Assembly: GCF_004010195.1 (NCBI RefSeq)
Contig: NC_057718.1
Span: 17,473,093 to 17,493,092, forward strand
Origin: Chiloscyllium plagiosum
Taxonomy: Eukaryota
Length of the DNA stretch: 20,000 nucleotides
Direction of reading: 5' to 3'
Made by a program: the position numbers and the translations under genes. Below are positions 11,203 to 20,000 of the stretch, piece by piece (position 1 is the first letter of the stretch; each line of letters starts with the position of its first letter). The notes beneath the pieces were generated by a model. That model worked only from the letters and a program-made list of their open reading frames with translations. It ran no database searches and was not told the origin of the DNA.

Positions 11203-11240
11203 ATTCCTGATGAAGGGCTTTTGCCCGAAACATTGAGTTT
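11203..11240 (+). ncRNA. Minimal hammerhead-ribozyme motif in the PLE terminal repeat; cleavage-site region mutated
   Basis: CTGATGA (11207-11213), A, stem II GGGC-TTTT-GCCC, GAAA (11227-11230), then CATTGA. The last segment is probably CpG-decayed from CGTCGA, which survives in the 5004-5028 copy. Confidence 0.8.
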
Positions 11241-11359
11241 CCTGCTCCTCGGATGCTGCCTGATGCTTTTCCAGCACCACTAATCCAGAATCTGGTTTCC
11301 AGCATCTGCAGTCCTTGTTTTTAACCAAGTTGGAATGTAGCTACTTAGTGCAGAATTCT

Positions 11360-12211
11360 GCAGAGTCCAAGATGGCAGTGTGGTAGCAGGGCTGTGTGCG
11401 GGCTCTTGCCCAGGGCTCACCTGCTCCGATCTGCTTTCTTTTTTTCTTTTTACTCCTTTTTTTGTTTTTTTTTAATTCATTTTCTTTTGTTTGGCGGATT
11501 AGTTGGCAGTATTGGTGCAGTAGCACGAATGGGCCACGTGTGGAGTGGCGGCAGCCTCTTGGCGGTTGGAAGCTGTGACGGATGCGACATCTCCCAGTGA
11601 TTGGAGGTGGTGGCAGCAAGGACGTCCTCCTGGTGTTCAGGGCCAGCGAATCATAGCTCCTACAGCGAGTGGAAGCAGCTGCAGCGCCAGCAGACTCCAA
11701 GATGGCAGCACTAGCAAGGCAATATCTCTGAGGGCGGCTGGAGCAGGAATCTTGGCGCAGTGGCAGCCTGGCCTAGCCTGGCTTGGCAGCCAAGCCCAGG
11801 ACTCCTGGTTACAATAGGCCCAGAGTGGGGACTTCTGGCATTATTGAGGTCTCAACGGAGCCAGGGATCTCTGGTTGTGGTCACAGTAGGCCCGGTGCAG
11901 GGACTTGGAGACAGTGAGGACTGCAGATGCCGGCGTCCTAGTTATCAGCGAGATGGCAATGGAAGGACGATGGTAGGTCCAGTGCAGACGATGATAAGGC
12001 AGTGGGGGGAGGGTGACAGAACAAGTGTTGTTTCGCTAGTGAGTTGACTCTTGTTGGAGGTGGCAGATTAAAAATAGACTGTCTTTCAGTCATTATCATT
12101 TATTCTTAAACTTCAAAATGGCACCAGATAGTGGTGACAGTTAAAGCTTTTCACTATTTTATTGTACTATTCACTATAAAATGCAAGTGACAATAAATCA
12201 TTCAAATTCAA
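11360..12211 (+). mobile_element. Unclassified GC-rich non-autonomous retroelement with Rex1/L2-like ends
   Basis: Begins with CCAAGATGGC (11367) and ends with GTGACAATAAA (12187-12197) plus a tcattcaaattcaa tail. It interrupts the old LINE, which resumes at about 12212. No RT homology is visible. Confidence 0.6.
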
Positions 12212-12344
12212 TCTTTAATTTATTCATGTGGCCACAGTGTTTATAACGCAGTATCTAATTATATTTCTGGTTAGTGATGAGGATTCAACAGTTGTAATGC
12301 TGTTTAATATCGAGGGTGAGTTCAGAGCTGTTAGTTTATAAATA

Positions 12345-12710
12345 TAAGGATTAAATAATCCGAGTGTCTATGCAATTGAAAAGAGAAGGCTGAGGGGTGA
12401 CCTTGTAGGCTTCTTTAACATTATGGAAGGTTTTAATAGAAATGGCAGACATGAAAGGTGTTTCACTTGTGGGCAATAAAGGACGTGGAGGTCATCAATA
12501 TGATTATGGCAAAGAAATGAAATAGGAATTTCAGAAAAAAATCTCTACCAAAGACAGTGGCAAGAATGTGGTACTTGCAATGAGAAAAAAGTAGAGGGCT
12601 ATACTGATTGTTTGTTTCCTGAGGAATGACGGAAGGAGATTCCAATGGAATATAAATAGTGGTGTGAATTGATCGGTTCAAAGAGCCTGTTTCTGTGGTT
12701 GTAAATTCAG
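12345..12710 (+). mobile_element. Degraded CR1 3' fragment
   Basis: gaaaagagaaggctgaggggtgacctt encodes EKRRLRGDL, a CR1 hallmark. The fragment ends in a gagcctgtttctgtggttgtaaattc tail. Confidence 0.8.
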
Positions 12711-12760
12711 TGTTATTTCAAATTCTAGCTGGATGTTAATGTGTTTTTGTTCTTTTGCAG

Positions 12761-12777
12761 TGCTCTGCCCAACTTAA
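12761..12777 (+). CDS. FEZ2: FEZ2 terminal coding segment ((V)LCPT*)
   Basis: Strong acceptor gtgtttttgttcttttgcAG ending at 12760. TG CTC TGC CCA ACT TAA completes the conserved FEZ C-terminus KVLCPT*. Confidence 0.93.
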
Positions 12778-14865
12778 AGCCAGTACTTTGCCATCACAGC
12801 AGAGGGGCATGAAGATTGCATTCTGGGGTAACTCCCTTGAAGAGAAAAGCACCTTTTATATTCCCATGCTCCCAGTCTATTAATTTTCCATAACCTTGAA
12901 TATTGTGCTAAACTTGTCTTTATTTAATCTTACTAGTCCTTGGAGAGTAGTTTTATCGCATGGCAGTAAAGATTTCTCTTCCACCCCTCCCCCTACTTCA
13001 CTTACCCTTTGCAGTGGACCATGTTAGACGACTTGCCTGTAGGTTCAAGTGTTCCCACCATGCCCCAGTGCGAACCCAGCTGGCTGTTTTTACCAGCGTG
13101 TAGAACAAGAGAACAGCTGTACAGTTTTAACCATGAGTATTGTATTAGCAGTGTAATATCTATTTTTACAATGTGTAGGATCTAGAGAAGTTAACTTTTT
13201 ATCATCAAGGAAAACTGTTCAAGTAACAGTGGATGTAAATAAGCTCAAGAATTTTAACCAAACCCATAAAGCAGCAAACCTGTATATTTATTCCAATTAT
13301 GCTAATTTTCAAAAAGGGAACAAATAGTTTAACTGCACTACGGACACATCCTGTCACAGCACGACCTCTTTAATACAGTGCTCCCTAATAGCTCTTCTTT
13401 TGGGGTTTGAAATGAGTGCAAGGTTTGAAAATGGGAATAACAGCCTAAATTTGCAGTTGTGTAAAATTGTGAACAAATGGAAATCTGTAAATTTGTGTGA
13501 CCTGTTTTCAGGCATCCTCCCATTGATGAGAATGGAGGCATGTATTGGTAATAACAGAGGAGCTCACCTGCCAACAAATGTTTTTCTACCACACAGCTCT
13601 ATTTAGACTGAGAAATGCAAATATTTCGTAAAGAATTAGTTGAATTGCTTTCACAAGCTCTTTTGAGCCGGTCATCCCCCCTCTCCTCCTCTTTAAAATT
13701 CTCTCTTTTTAAAATATATTTTCATAGCGATGTGACCTTAATACTATAGATAATGGCCTCCACTGTGTTTTTTTGTTGTATCTGGCAAAAAAATGTGTTT
13801 TGGAAATTATTTTTTATTTGAGGAGAGTATTAAGTGTTGACCGAAAGCTGGGGTAGACCAACAAAAGCAGGAAGATTGATCCTTAAATAACATTAAGTAT
13901 TAATTGGCTGCATTGTGTTTTTGTTTACAACAAGAAAAAGAAGAAAGTTTGATTTGTGCATTGTGCCAGGTGTATCAGGATACTACACAACCCGAACTGG
14001 GCCCAGCACGCAGGCTTCTGTTTGATGGATCATGCTGTAGAATGTTTTGTATTCATCCTGTGTCTAGGTTCTTTGTTAGCAGTCTAGTTAAATTATATAT
14101 TTCTTAATGGTAGAAATAAGATATTATTGTGAATGTGCTTAGTCATATGTAAATTAAAGGCTGCATGCTAACCATGTAAAGTATTTATGTGCTGTGGTTT
14201 CAGTTAAGATGCAATAGGAGTTATTTTAAAGTGGTGTTGTACTTGCCCTTTTCTCAATTGTACTTCCTTTCTTTGCTTTCATTGCCAGTATTATCAACGA
14301 AAATATCATAACAAAAACCCTAAGTATGACTCCAAATCAGTACACATGATATTGAACTGCAGTGCATGCAGCAGTTTTGAGATGCAAGTCCAGTTTTGAT
14401 GCAGGTTTGGATGATGACTCCAGCTATCTGGGAAGCCAAGTCTTCTCTTTGTACTGTATCATCACATGAGATTTACAGAATGGAGGAAAGTGGACATGCA
14501 CATAGTACACACACGTTAAACGAAGGTAATGCCGCATTATTAGGGCTGCCTGATCAGTTATTCTGAAACCATGCTGCAATTTATCACCTTTTAACAGTCT
14601 TCAGAGTCTGTTGAACCAGGCATGCTTGTGTACACACATGCTGTAATAATCCAGTAATTTAGGATGGTTTTCTTTCTAGTTGTGAAATAACTGACCTTGT
14701 GGCAATAGTGTTAATTTTCATGTAGAATATTGATAATTTTTCAGTGTCAGTAATCTTAATTTATTATTCCTGTAATTTTGGCAGCTTGTAAAGTTTGTGG
14801 CAGTAATTTTATTTCATAATGCAACTCTTTGAGAACAAATAAACTTGATTTACACATTTTACAAT
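12778..14865 (+). other. FEZ2: Probable FEZ2 3'UTR
   Basis: About 2.1 kb free of recognisable transposons between the stop codon and a canonical polyA signal. Repeats resume at about 14920. Confidence 0.65.
14838..14843 (+). terminator. Candidate polyadenylation signal AATAAA
   Basis: AATAAA followed by CA dinucleotides and a downstream GT/T-rich tract (tatgtgtattgtatttt). Confidence 0.65.
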
Positions 14866-14919
14866 GTGAACAGTATGTGTATTGTATTTTATCAAAACAA
14901 ACAATGGTAACTTTATCAA

Positions 14920-15430
14920 GTCATTAGAGACAAGAACAGGTCATTACCATTCATTCCTCAAACCCATTCTGCTATTCCGTTAGAATAGGTCATAGCTAAT
15001 TTGTATCTCAGTTCTATTTATCCATCCCAATTTAGTAACCTTTAGTAATGTTTACCTAACAGAAATTTATTGGAGTTGTTACAGCAGGAAAAGAGGATCC
15101 TGGGCTCTGACCAATCAAGTGTTCATCTAAATAGTTTTGAAGTGTCTTGAGTGAGTTCCGAATATCCATAATTCTCTGGTTTGAAAAATGTTTTTCCCTC
15201 CAAACCGTTCTCAACCTCCTGCTCCTTGTCTTAAACCTGTGCTCCTGATTATTGATCCCTTGACTAAGGGGAAAAGATTCTCCCTATTTACCCTGTCTAT
15301 GCCCCTCAGAACTTTGTTCATCTCAGTCAGATCCCACCCATTCCTACCCTTAGTTGTCTTTGCTTTAAGAAAAACAACCCCAGACTATCTGGTCTCCTTT
15401 CATAGTTGAATTGCTTTAGTGCAAGCAACA
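14920..15430 (-). mobile_element. Degraded CR1 3' fragment(s)
   Basis: Reverse CR1 tail (ccattcattcctcaaacccattctgctatt) and antisense ORF2 motifs (ctatttaccctgtctatgcccctcagaactttg...aaaacaaccccagactat). Confidence 0.7.
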
Positions 15431-15479
15431 CCAGCAAAGATTTCAAATGCAATATGATTTCTTCAAAACCCCTCAGTCC

Positions 15480-15603
15480 AGTTGAACACAAAATGTTAAC
15501 ATCGCTTCTGTCTTCTCAGATGCTGCTAGACCTGCTGAGTTTCTCCAGCATGTGGTGCTTTTATCTCAGATTTCCAGCTTTTACAGCACTTTACTTTCAT
15601 TTT
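15480..15603 (+). mobile_element. Old PLE-type terminal-repeat remnant
   Basis: cagatgctgctagacctgctgagtttctccagcat...cagatttccagc parallels ggatgctgcctga...tttccagca...tttccagcatctgcag at 11251-11311. Confidence 0.7.
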
Positions 15604-15835
15604 AGACGTCATAACTCATTTTACTGAATTCTTCCAAATCTGAGTATGAACTATGATCCAGCAGTTAGAGGTTTTGTGAAAGAAAAGTTTTCATGTACAA
15701 ATTAGGTGGATAAACATTGCATTACACGAGCCAAGAGCATATCCTGCTGACTGCTGCAGTGTACTTGCAACCAGCCAATACTTGTACTTTCAGAAAAAGA
15801 TTGACAGCTTCAGCTATGTATTGAGAACTATGGTA

Positions 15836-16406
15836 CATAGAACATAGAACAATACAGCACAGGAACAGGCCCTTCGGCCCACGATGTTGTGCCGAACATT
15901 TGTCCTAGCTTAAGCACCCATCCATGTACCTATCCAATTGCCACTTAAAGTTCCTAGCACTCTCAATCTATCCTCGTATGACCTATTCTCCATTCCAGGC
16001 AACATCCTGGTAAATCTTCTCTGCACCCTCTCCCAAGCTTCCACATCTTTCCTAAAGTGAGGCGACCAGAACTGCACATAGTACTCCAAATGTGGCCTAA
16101 CCAAGGTCCTGTACAGCTACAACATCACTTCACGCCTCTTGAATTCAATCCCTCTGCTAATGAACGCTGATACACCATAGGCCTTCTTACAAGCTCTATC
16201 CACCTGAGTGGCAACTTTCAAAGATCTATGAACATAGACCCCAAGATCCCTCTGCTCCTCCACCGTACTAAGAACCCTACCGTTAACCCTGTATTCCGCA
16301 TTCTTATTTGTCCTCGAACACACCCACTCAAATATCAATCACTTACCTTCCCGACTAGCTCTGCGCTCCAACTTCACTTCCGCCCAGCTCGCGCCGCTCT
16401 CTGCCG
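15836..16406 (-). mobile_element. Young, internally deleted CR1 (HER1-like) derivative: putative 5' end, part of the RT C-terminus and 3' tail
   Basis: Minus-strand ORFs read VEEQRDLGVYVHRSLKVATQVDR and LVRPHLEYYVQFWSPHFRKDVEAWERVQRRFTRMLPG. The tail repeat catagaacatagaac is at 15836 and a CpG-rich segment at 16315-16406. TGGTA flanks both sides (15831-15835 and 16407-16411). Confidence 0.9.
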
Positions 16407-16559
16407 TGGTAAATTCTCATTCACACAGTATTCCAGAGAGGGGCGTAAAGAACAATTGCAGTTGTGTTATTTTCCTTAATCACACAAAAATATCTCAGTG
16501 GACCATTTAAATATCTGGTCTGTATTATAAAAAGTACACAATGGTGGAGAAAGTACAAT

Positions 16560-16890
16560 AGAAAAGACTAAGATGCTGGGACCCAAAAAATCAAAGTCAC
16601 AAAATATTGAAGAAATTGGGCTTATTTAATAAGTCTAAAATTTTGAGTGGGTTGAACTGGATAGGTGTTCAAAGAATGTCTCCACCTGTGGGACAATTCA
16701 AAACTAGGGGCTATCAATTTTAAAAAAATCACAAATCCAGTAGGAAAATGAAAAATTTCAGTAGGAAGCTATTGAGTACATGAGAAAAAAGATATAAAGA
16801 AGAGCTGCAATTAAGTAAGTGCACTGGGAGGTGATATGAATAGAGCTAAAAGAGAAGTCTGATACTGTGCTATGTACTCTAAGTAATGTC
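16560..16890 (+). mobile_element. Highly degraded CR1 3' fragment
   Basis: gaagaaattgggcttattt...aaaattttgagtgggtt...aaaactaggggctatcaat...aatccagtagga resembles the CR1 ORF2 C-terminal coding region. Confidence 0.55.
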
Positions 16891-17097
16891 TTGTACTTGT
16901 GAACATAACTCTGCACATTCCTAACTGGAAAACACAATTACAATGATTTGTACAAGAATTTCTGCTCCCAGTTTTCAGCAATGATCATCTCCTTTAAGAG
17001 TCTGTTTGCTTACGTTATTTATTCTGAGAGTGACAATGAAAATGTTTCTATTGACAGCACAAGAGATAGTCACAATTGAAAGATTACACTGAAAGGC

Positions 17098-17608
17098 ATT
17101 TTTTTCATACTATGTGGGTATTATTGGCAACGCCAGCATCTGGTTGCCCTTGAGAAGGTGATGGTGAGTTACCTTCTTGAACTGCTGTAAGTAGACCCAC
17201 AGTCCTGTTAGGGTGGGAATTCCAGATTCTGACATTGAATCATCATTCATTCACTGTCACTTTTCTGAGTTAGAATGCTGTGTGGCTTGGAGGGGAACTT
17301 GGGAGGGTGGTGTTCCCATGACCCTACTGCTCTTGTTTTTCTAGATGATGGAGTTTCTGGGATTGGAAAATGCTGCTGAAGGCAGTTTAAGCTGATGCTG
17401 TGCATCACTCCTGCCATTGGTGCATCAGTTATGGAGGAACTGAACAGTTAATGTTGTGGATGAGATGCCAATCAAGCAAATTACTTTTATTGAATATTGT
17501 CAAACTTCTTAAGTATTATTGAACCTTCACCCATCCAGGCAAATAGGGAGTAGTCCGTCACATTCCTAATTGTGCCTTGAAGATGGTAGACAGACTTTGG
17601 GATGTCCA
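17098..17608 (-). mobile_element. Third copy of the 8582-9210 LINE family (3' end)
   Basis: atgtgggtattattggcaacgccagcat...gcccttgagaaggtgatggtgag...ggtggtgttcccatg...catccaggcaa...gtgccttgaagatggtagacagactttggg is collinear with 8600-9122. Confidence 0.85.
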
Positions 17609-18735
17609 ATTTAATAGGTATTCATTTTGTGAGATTTCTATTGCACCATAATCTGCTATATTGCTGGACTAAGAAGCCAGATGACCTGATCAGTGATTGG
17701 TCAGCCTAGTACAGACTGAGAGTGATGTCCAGTGCTCTATTGGCTCAGTTGCATGTTGCTTTTTCCAAATAATATAAGAGCGGAGGTTAATTATAAAAAA
17801 AATTTACCTTATTTAGCTAATTCAAAAACAAATCTTTTCGATGACAAAGTCACTGAAACATTGGTTGTTTGCAATCAGCACCCTGCCTCAACATATTTGA
17901 AGTAACAAATGTTTCAGGGCATTCATTTGCATGTGTTTCTAATTTCCAAATCATTCGAAATCTTCCTTTTAGTCACACTTTGAAACTTTAACACTTTTTT
18001 CCGAGGGAGTAGGCAAGAGTAACTGCCTCCATGAAGGAAATGTCGCACATCCATTGGTCACATAGAGTATTCAGTCACACTGAAGGACAACTGATCATCT
18101 GAAGCCATTCAAAGCTGCAATTTGGCAAAACTACAACCAGAACACACTGCAGCTTAGTATTAGTAAACTATTATTACAGATAATGGCATGGGAGTCCTGC
18201 ACCTGCTGATGAAGTGAGCACTATAATAAACAAGGCACAGACCGTCTTGAGTTAAGGATGCCGTTCCCTGTGGTTTTCTGCCTGTTTTTCTTCAGTTTTT
18301 GCCATTTATTCACAAGTAGCAATCCTCTCCAGCCCGCAGTTCCCCAGGAAGGAGTGTTGGTGGATGTTTTTCACAATAGAAGCATCATCACTGATCACCA
18401 GTAAGTTCATTGCCAACTCTTAAATGGTATAGAAGTTGTTTCTCCTGCTTGGTTTCTCAAAAGCTTATTTTGCCACCTGCTGTCTTGTGATGTTCCTTCA
18501 GGGGTCCATCAAAAACTGTACTGTCCTGCCATCACGTTTGCTTTAGAATCATTACAGGCAGACACAGGATCTGTGATCATGGTAGAGGGCTTCTAGATCT
18601 CACTTGTAAAGTGGAGGTTGGGAGGGAAGTGTTGAAACTTTTTAGGGGGGCAAGTATCAGGCTCTGGGTGCATAGAGAGGTGTCTGTGATTGGATGATGT
18701 TAGTTCCTGCGATTTAAGCACTAGAGTAAGAAATA

Positions 18736-19206
18736 TTTATTGGAGTTTAGAAGAATTGACGGGGAAGGGGCATCTTATTATAACCCAAGTGAGAGGAGAG
18801 AGATTTAATTAAGACATGAGGGACAAATTCTTTAGAGGATGGTTCGCGTGTGGAATGAAACTTGCTGAAGACGTGATGGGGGGGTTACAGTTACACTTGA
18901 ATAAGAACATAAGTAGGAAAGGTTTGGAGGGATATGGGCCAGGAGCAGGCAAGTGGGACTAGTTGGGATAATGTCAGCAGGGACTGGTTGAACCGAAGAG
19001 TGTTTCCATGCTAGATGATTCTATAATACGACTAGGCAAGTTAGATGCAGGAATGGTGTTCCTGATGCTGGGGGGAGTCCAGAACCAGGGGTCATAGTTT
19101 AAGGAGGAGGGATAAATCTTTTGGGATGGAGATGAGTCAAAATGTCTTCACTCAGAGTGGTGAGCTTGTGGAATTCCCTACCACAAAGTGGTTGAGGCCA
19201 AAACAT
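18736..19206 (+). mobile_element. Two CR1 3' fragments, one apparently nested in the other
   Basis: ggagtttagaagaat (18742) and gactaggcaagttagatgcagg...gagtccagaaccaggggtcatag (from 19030) look like contiguous parts of one CR1. The interval ~18786-19028 is a separate CR1 3' end with its own tail (gaaccgaagagtgtttccatgct...attctat). Confidence 0.75.
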
Positions 19207-19782
19207 TTATTTAATGTCATGTTTGCTTGTTACAAATACATTTTTCATTGTATCACGTTGAGGTAATTATTTTGTAAAATAATCTCAGGATCCTCAAATT
19301 GCACATCAATGATCGTCTATTCAGCCAATTTTGGGAAGTCCATCCCAGAAAAGATCTGAAATAGCAATCTAACTCAATGAGAATTCATCAGATATTTATA
19401 CATTGGACATCTTGAAGACAGTACGTTATTTGAATTCCAAAATGGTCTGTTTTAGACAAACCCCTCATTTTTCACACATACCAAAAGGTGCCTGTCACCC
19501 CTGGTCTCTCCACTTCCTATATTCCCAGGTACTATCCTACCTCCTCTTTGAAGCTGGTATTTCATTCCTATCCTTAACTAAGCCCCGTTCCTTTGTGTCT
19601 TTCTAGTTGTGGTATAGGGTCATCCGCTCATTACATTTCCAAACAAGGCCTCCGGGTTAATGCTGGTTCAGATATGTTGCATGTTCACAGATATTGTCTG
19701 CTGCGTCAGCAGCTGAGCATATTTCTAGTTTATTTTCTTTTGAACCTGACTACTTTCTTGAATAAGAATAAATGGAAAATGA

Positions 19783-20000
19783 GGTAAAAACAATGACTGC
19801 AGATGCTGGAAACCAGATTCTGGATTAGTGGTGCTGGAGGAGCACAGCAATTCAGGCAGCATCCGACGAGCAGCAAAATCGACATTTTGGGCAAAAGCCC
19901 TTCATCAGGAATAAAGGCAGAGAGCCTGAAGAGTGGAGAGATAAGCTAGAGGAGGGTGGGGGTGGGGAGAAAGTAGCATAGAGTACAATAGGTGAGTGGG
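19783..20000 (-). mobile_element. PLE 3' terminal repeat of the same family as 9751-11326, with a decayed hammerhead motif; continues beyond the window
   Basis: Reverse complement of about 11115-11326. The minus strand reads CTGATGA-A-GGGC-TTTT-GCCC-AAAATGTCGA at 19908-19879. Confidence 0.92.

Larger units (their letters stand above)
9751..11326 (+). mobile_element. Penelope-like retroelement: 5'-truncated, inverted terminal-repeat segment at the 5' end, decayed RT, 3' pseudo-LTR
   Basis: 16-bp TSD on both sides. 9750-9796 is an inverted copy of 11251-11290. PLE-type RT motifs are present. 11065-11326 is the reverse complement of the family copy at 19783-20000. Confidence 0.92.

Noticed and set aside
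10372..11236. Long ORFs of 183-279 aa on both strands
   Set aside because: Their length comes from reading through the N gap. Only the + strand part before 10644 is real PLE ORF remnant.
9750..11290. Inverted repeats plus TSD suggesting a DNA transposon
   Set aside because: The interior encodes a PLE-type RT, not a transposase. The right-hand repeat is internal to the terminal repeat rather than at the element end.
11341..12047. Cluster of overlapping short ORFs
   Set aside because: Expected in GC-rich, stop-poor repeat sequence. They have no recognisable domains or splice structure.
18420..18467. Minus-strand peptide ...RRNNFYTI* resembling the CRIM1 C-terminus as I recall it (DNFYQTV*)
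   Set aside because: An in-frame stop lies 14 codons upstream (18465-18467), there is no good acceptor and no further similarity. Probably chance.

Overview
AT-rich vertebrate genomic DNA. The repeat content (HE1-type tRNA-SINEs, abundant CR1 LINEs, Penelope-like elements) points to a cartilaginous fish, probably a shark; this is inference. The host gene is the 3' end of FEZ2 (UNC-76/FEZ family) on the + strand. Three coding exons (1165-1240, 3484-3549, 12761-12777) splice in frame to ...YLTTVIPYEKKAGPPSVEDLQILTKILQAMKEDSEKVPSLLTDYILKVLCPT*, followed by a ~2.1 kb 3'UTR with a likely AATAAA at 14838. Everything else I can recognise is retroelement-derived. The best-resolved structure is a Penelope-like element (PLE) at 9751-11326 with a 16-bp target-site duplication, an inverted 5' terminal segment, a decayed RT and a hammerhead-ribozyme motif. 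It sits in an older LINE that is also interrupted by an unclassified ~850-bp GC-rich non-coding element. Related PLE termini occur at 4919-5062, 15480-15603 and 19783-20000. A ~570-bp internally deleted CR1 that keeps a CpG-rich 5' end lies at 15836-16406. A 420-N assembly gap covers 10645-11064. I see no convincing new multi-gene system. The best leads are the ribozyme-bearing PLE family, the unclassified non-autonomous elements and a possible unannotated frame-disrupting FEZ2 exon.
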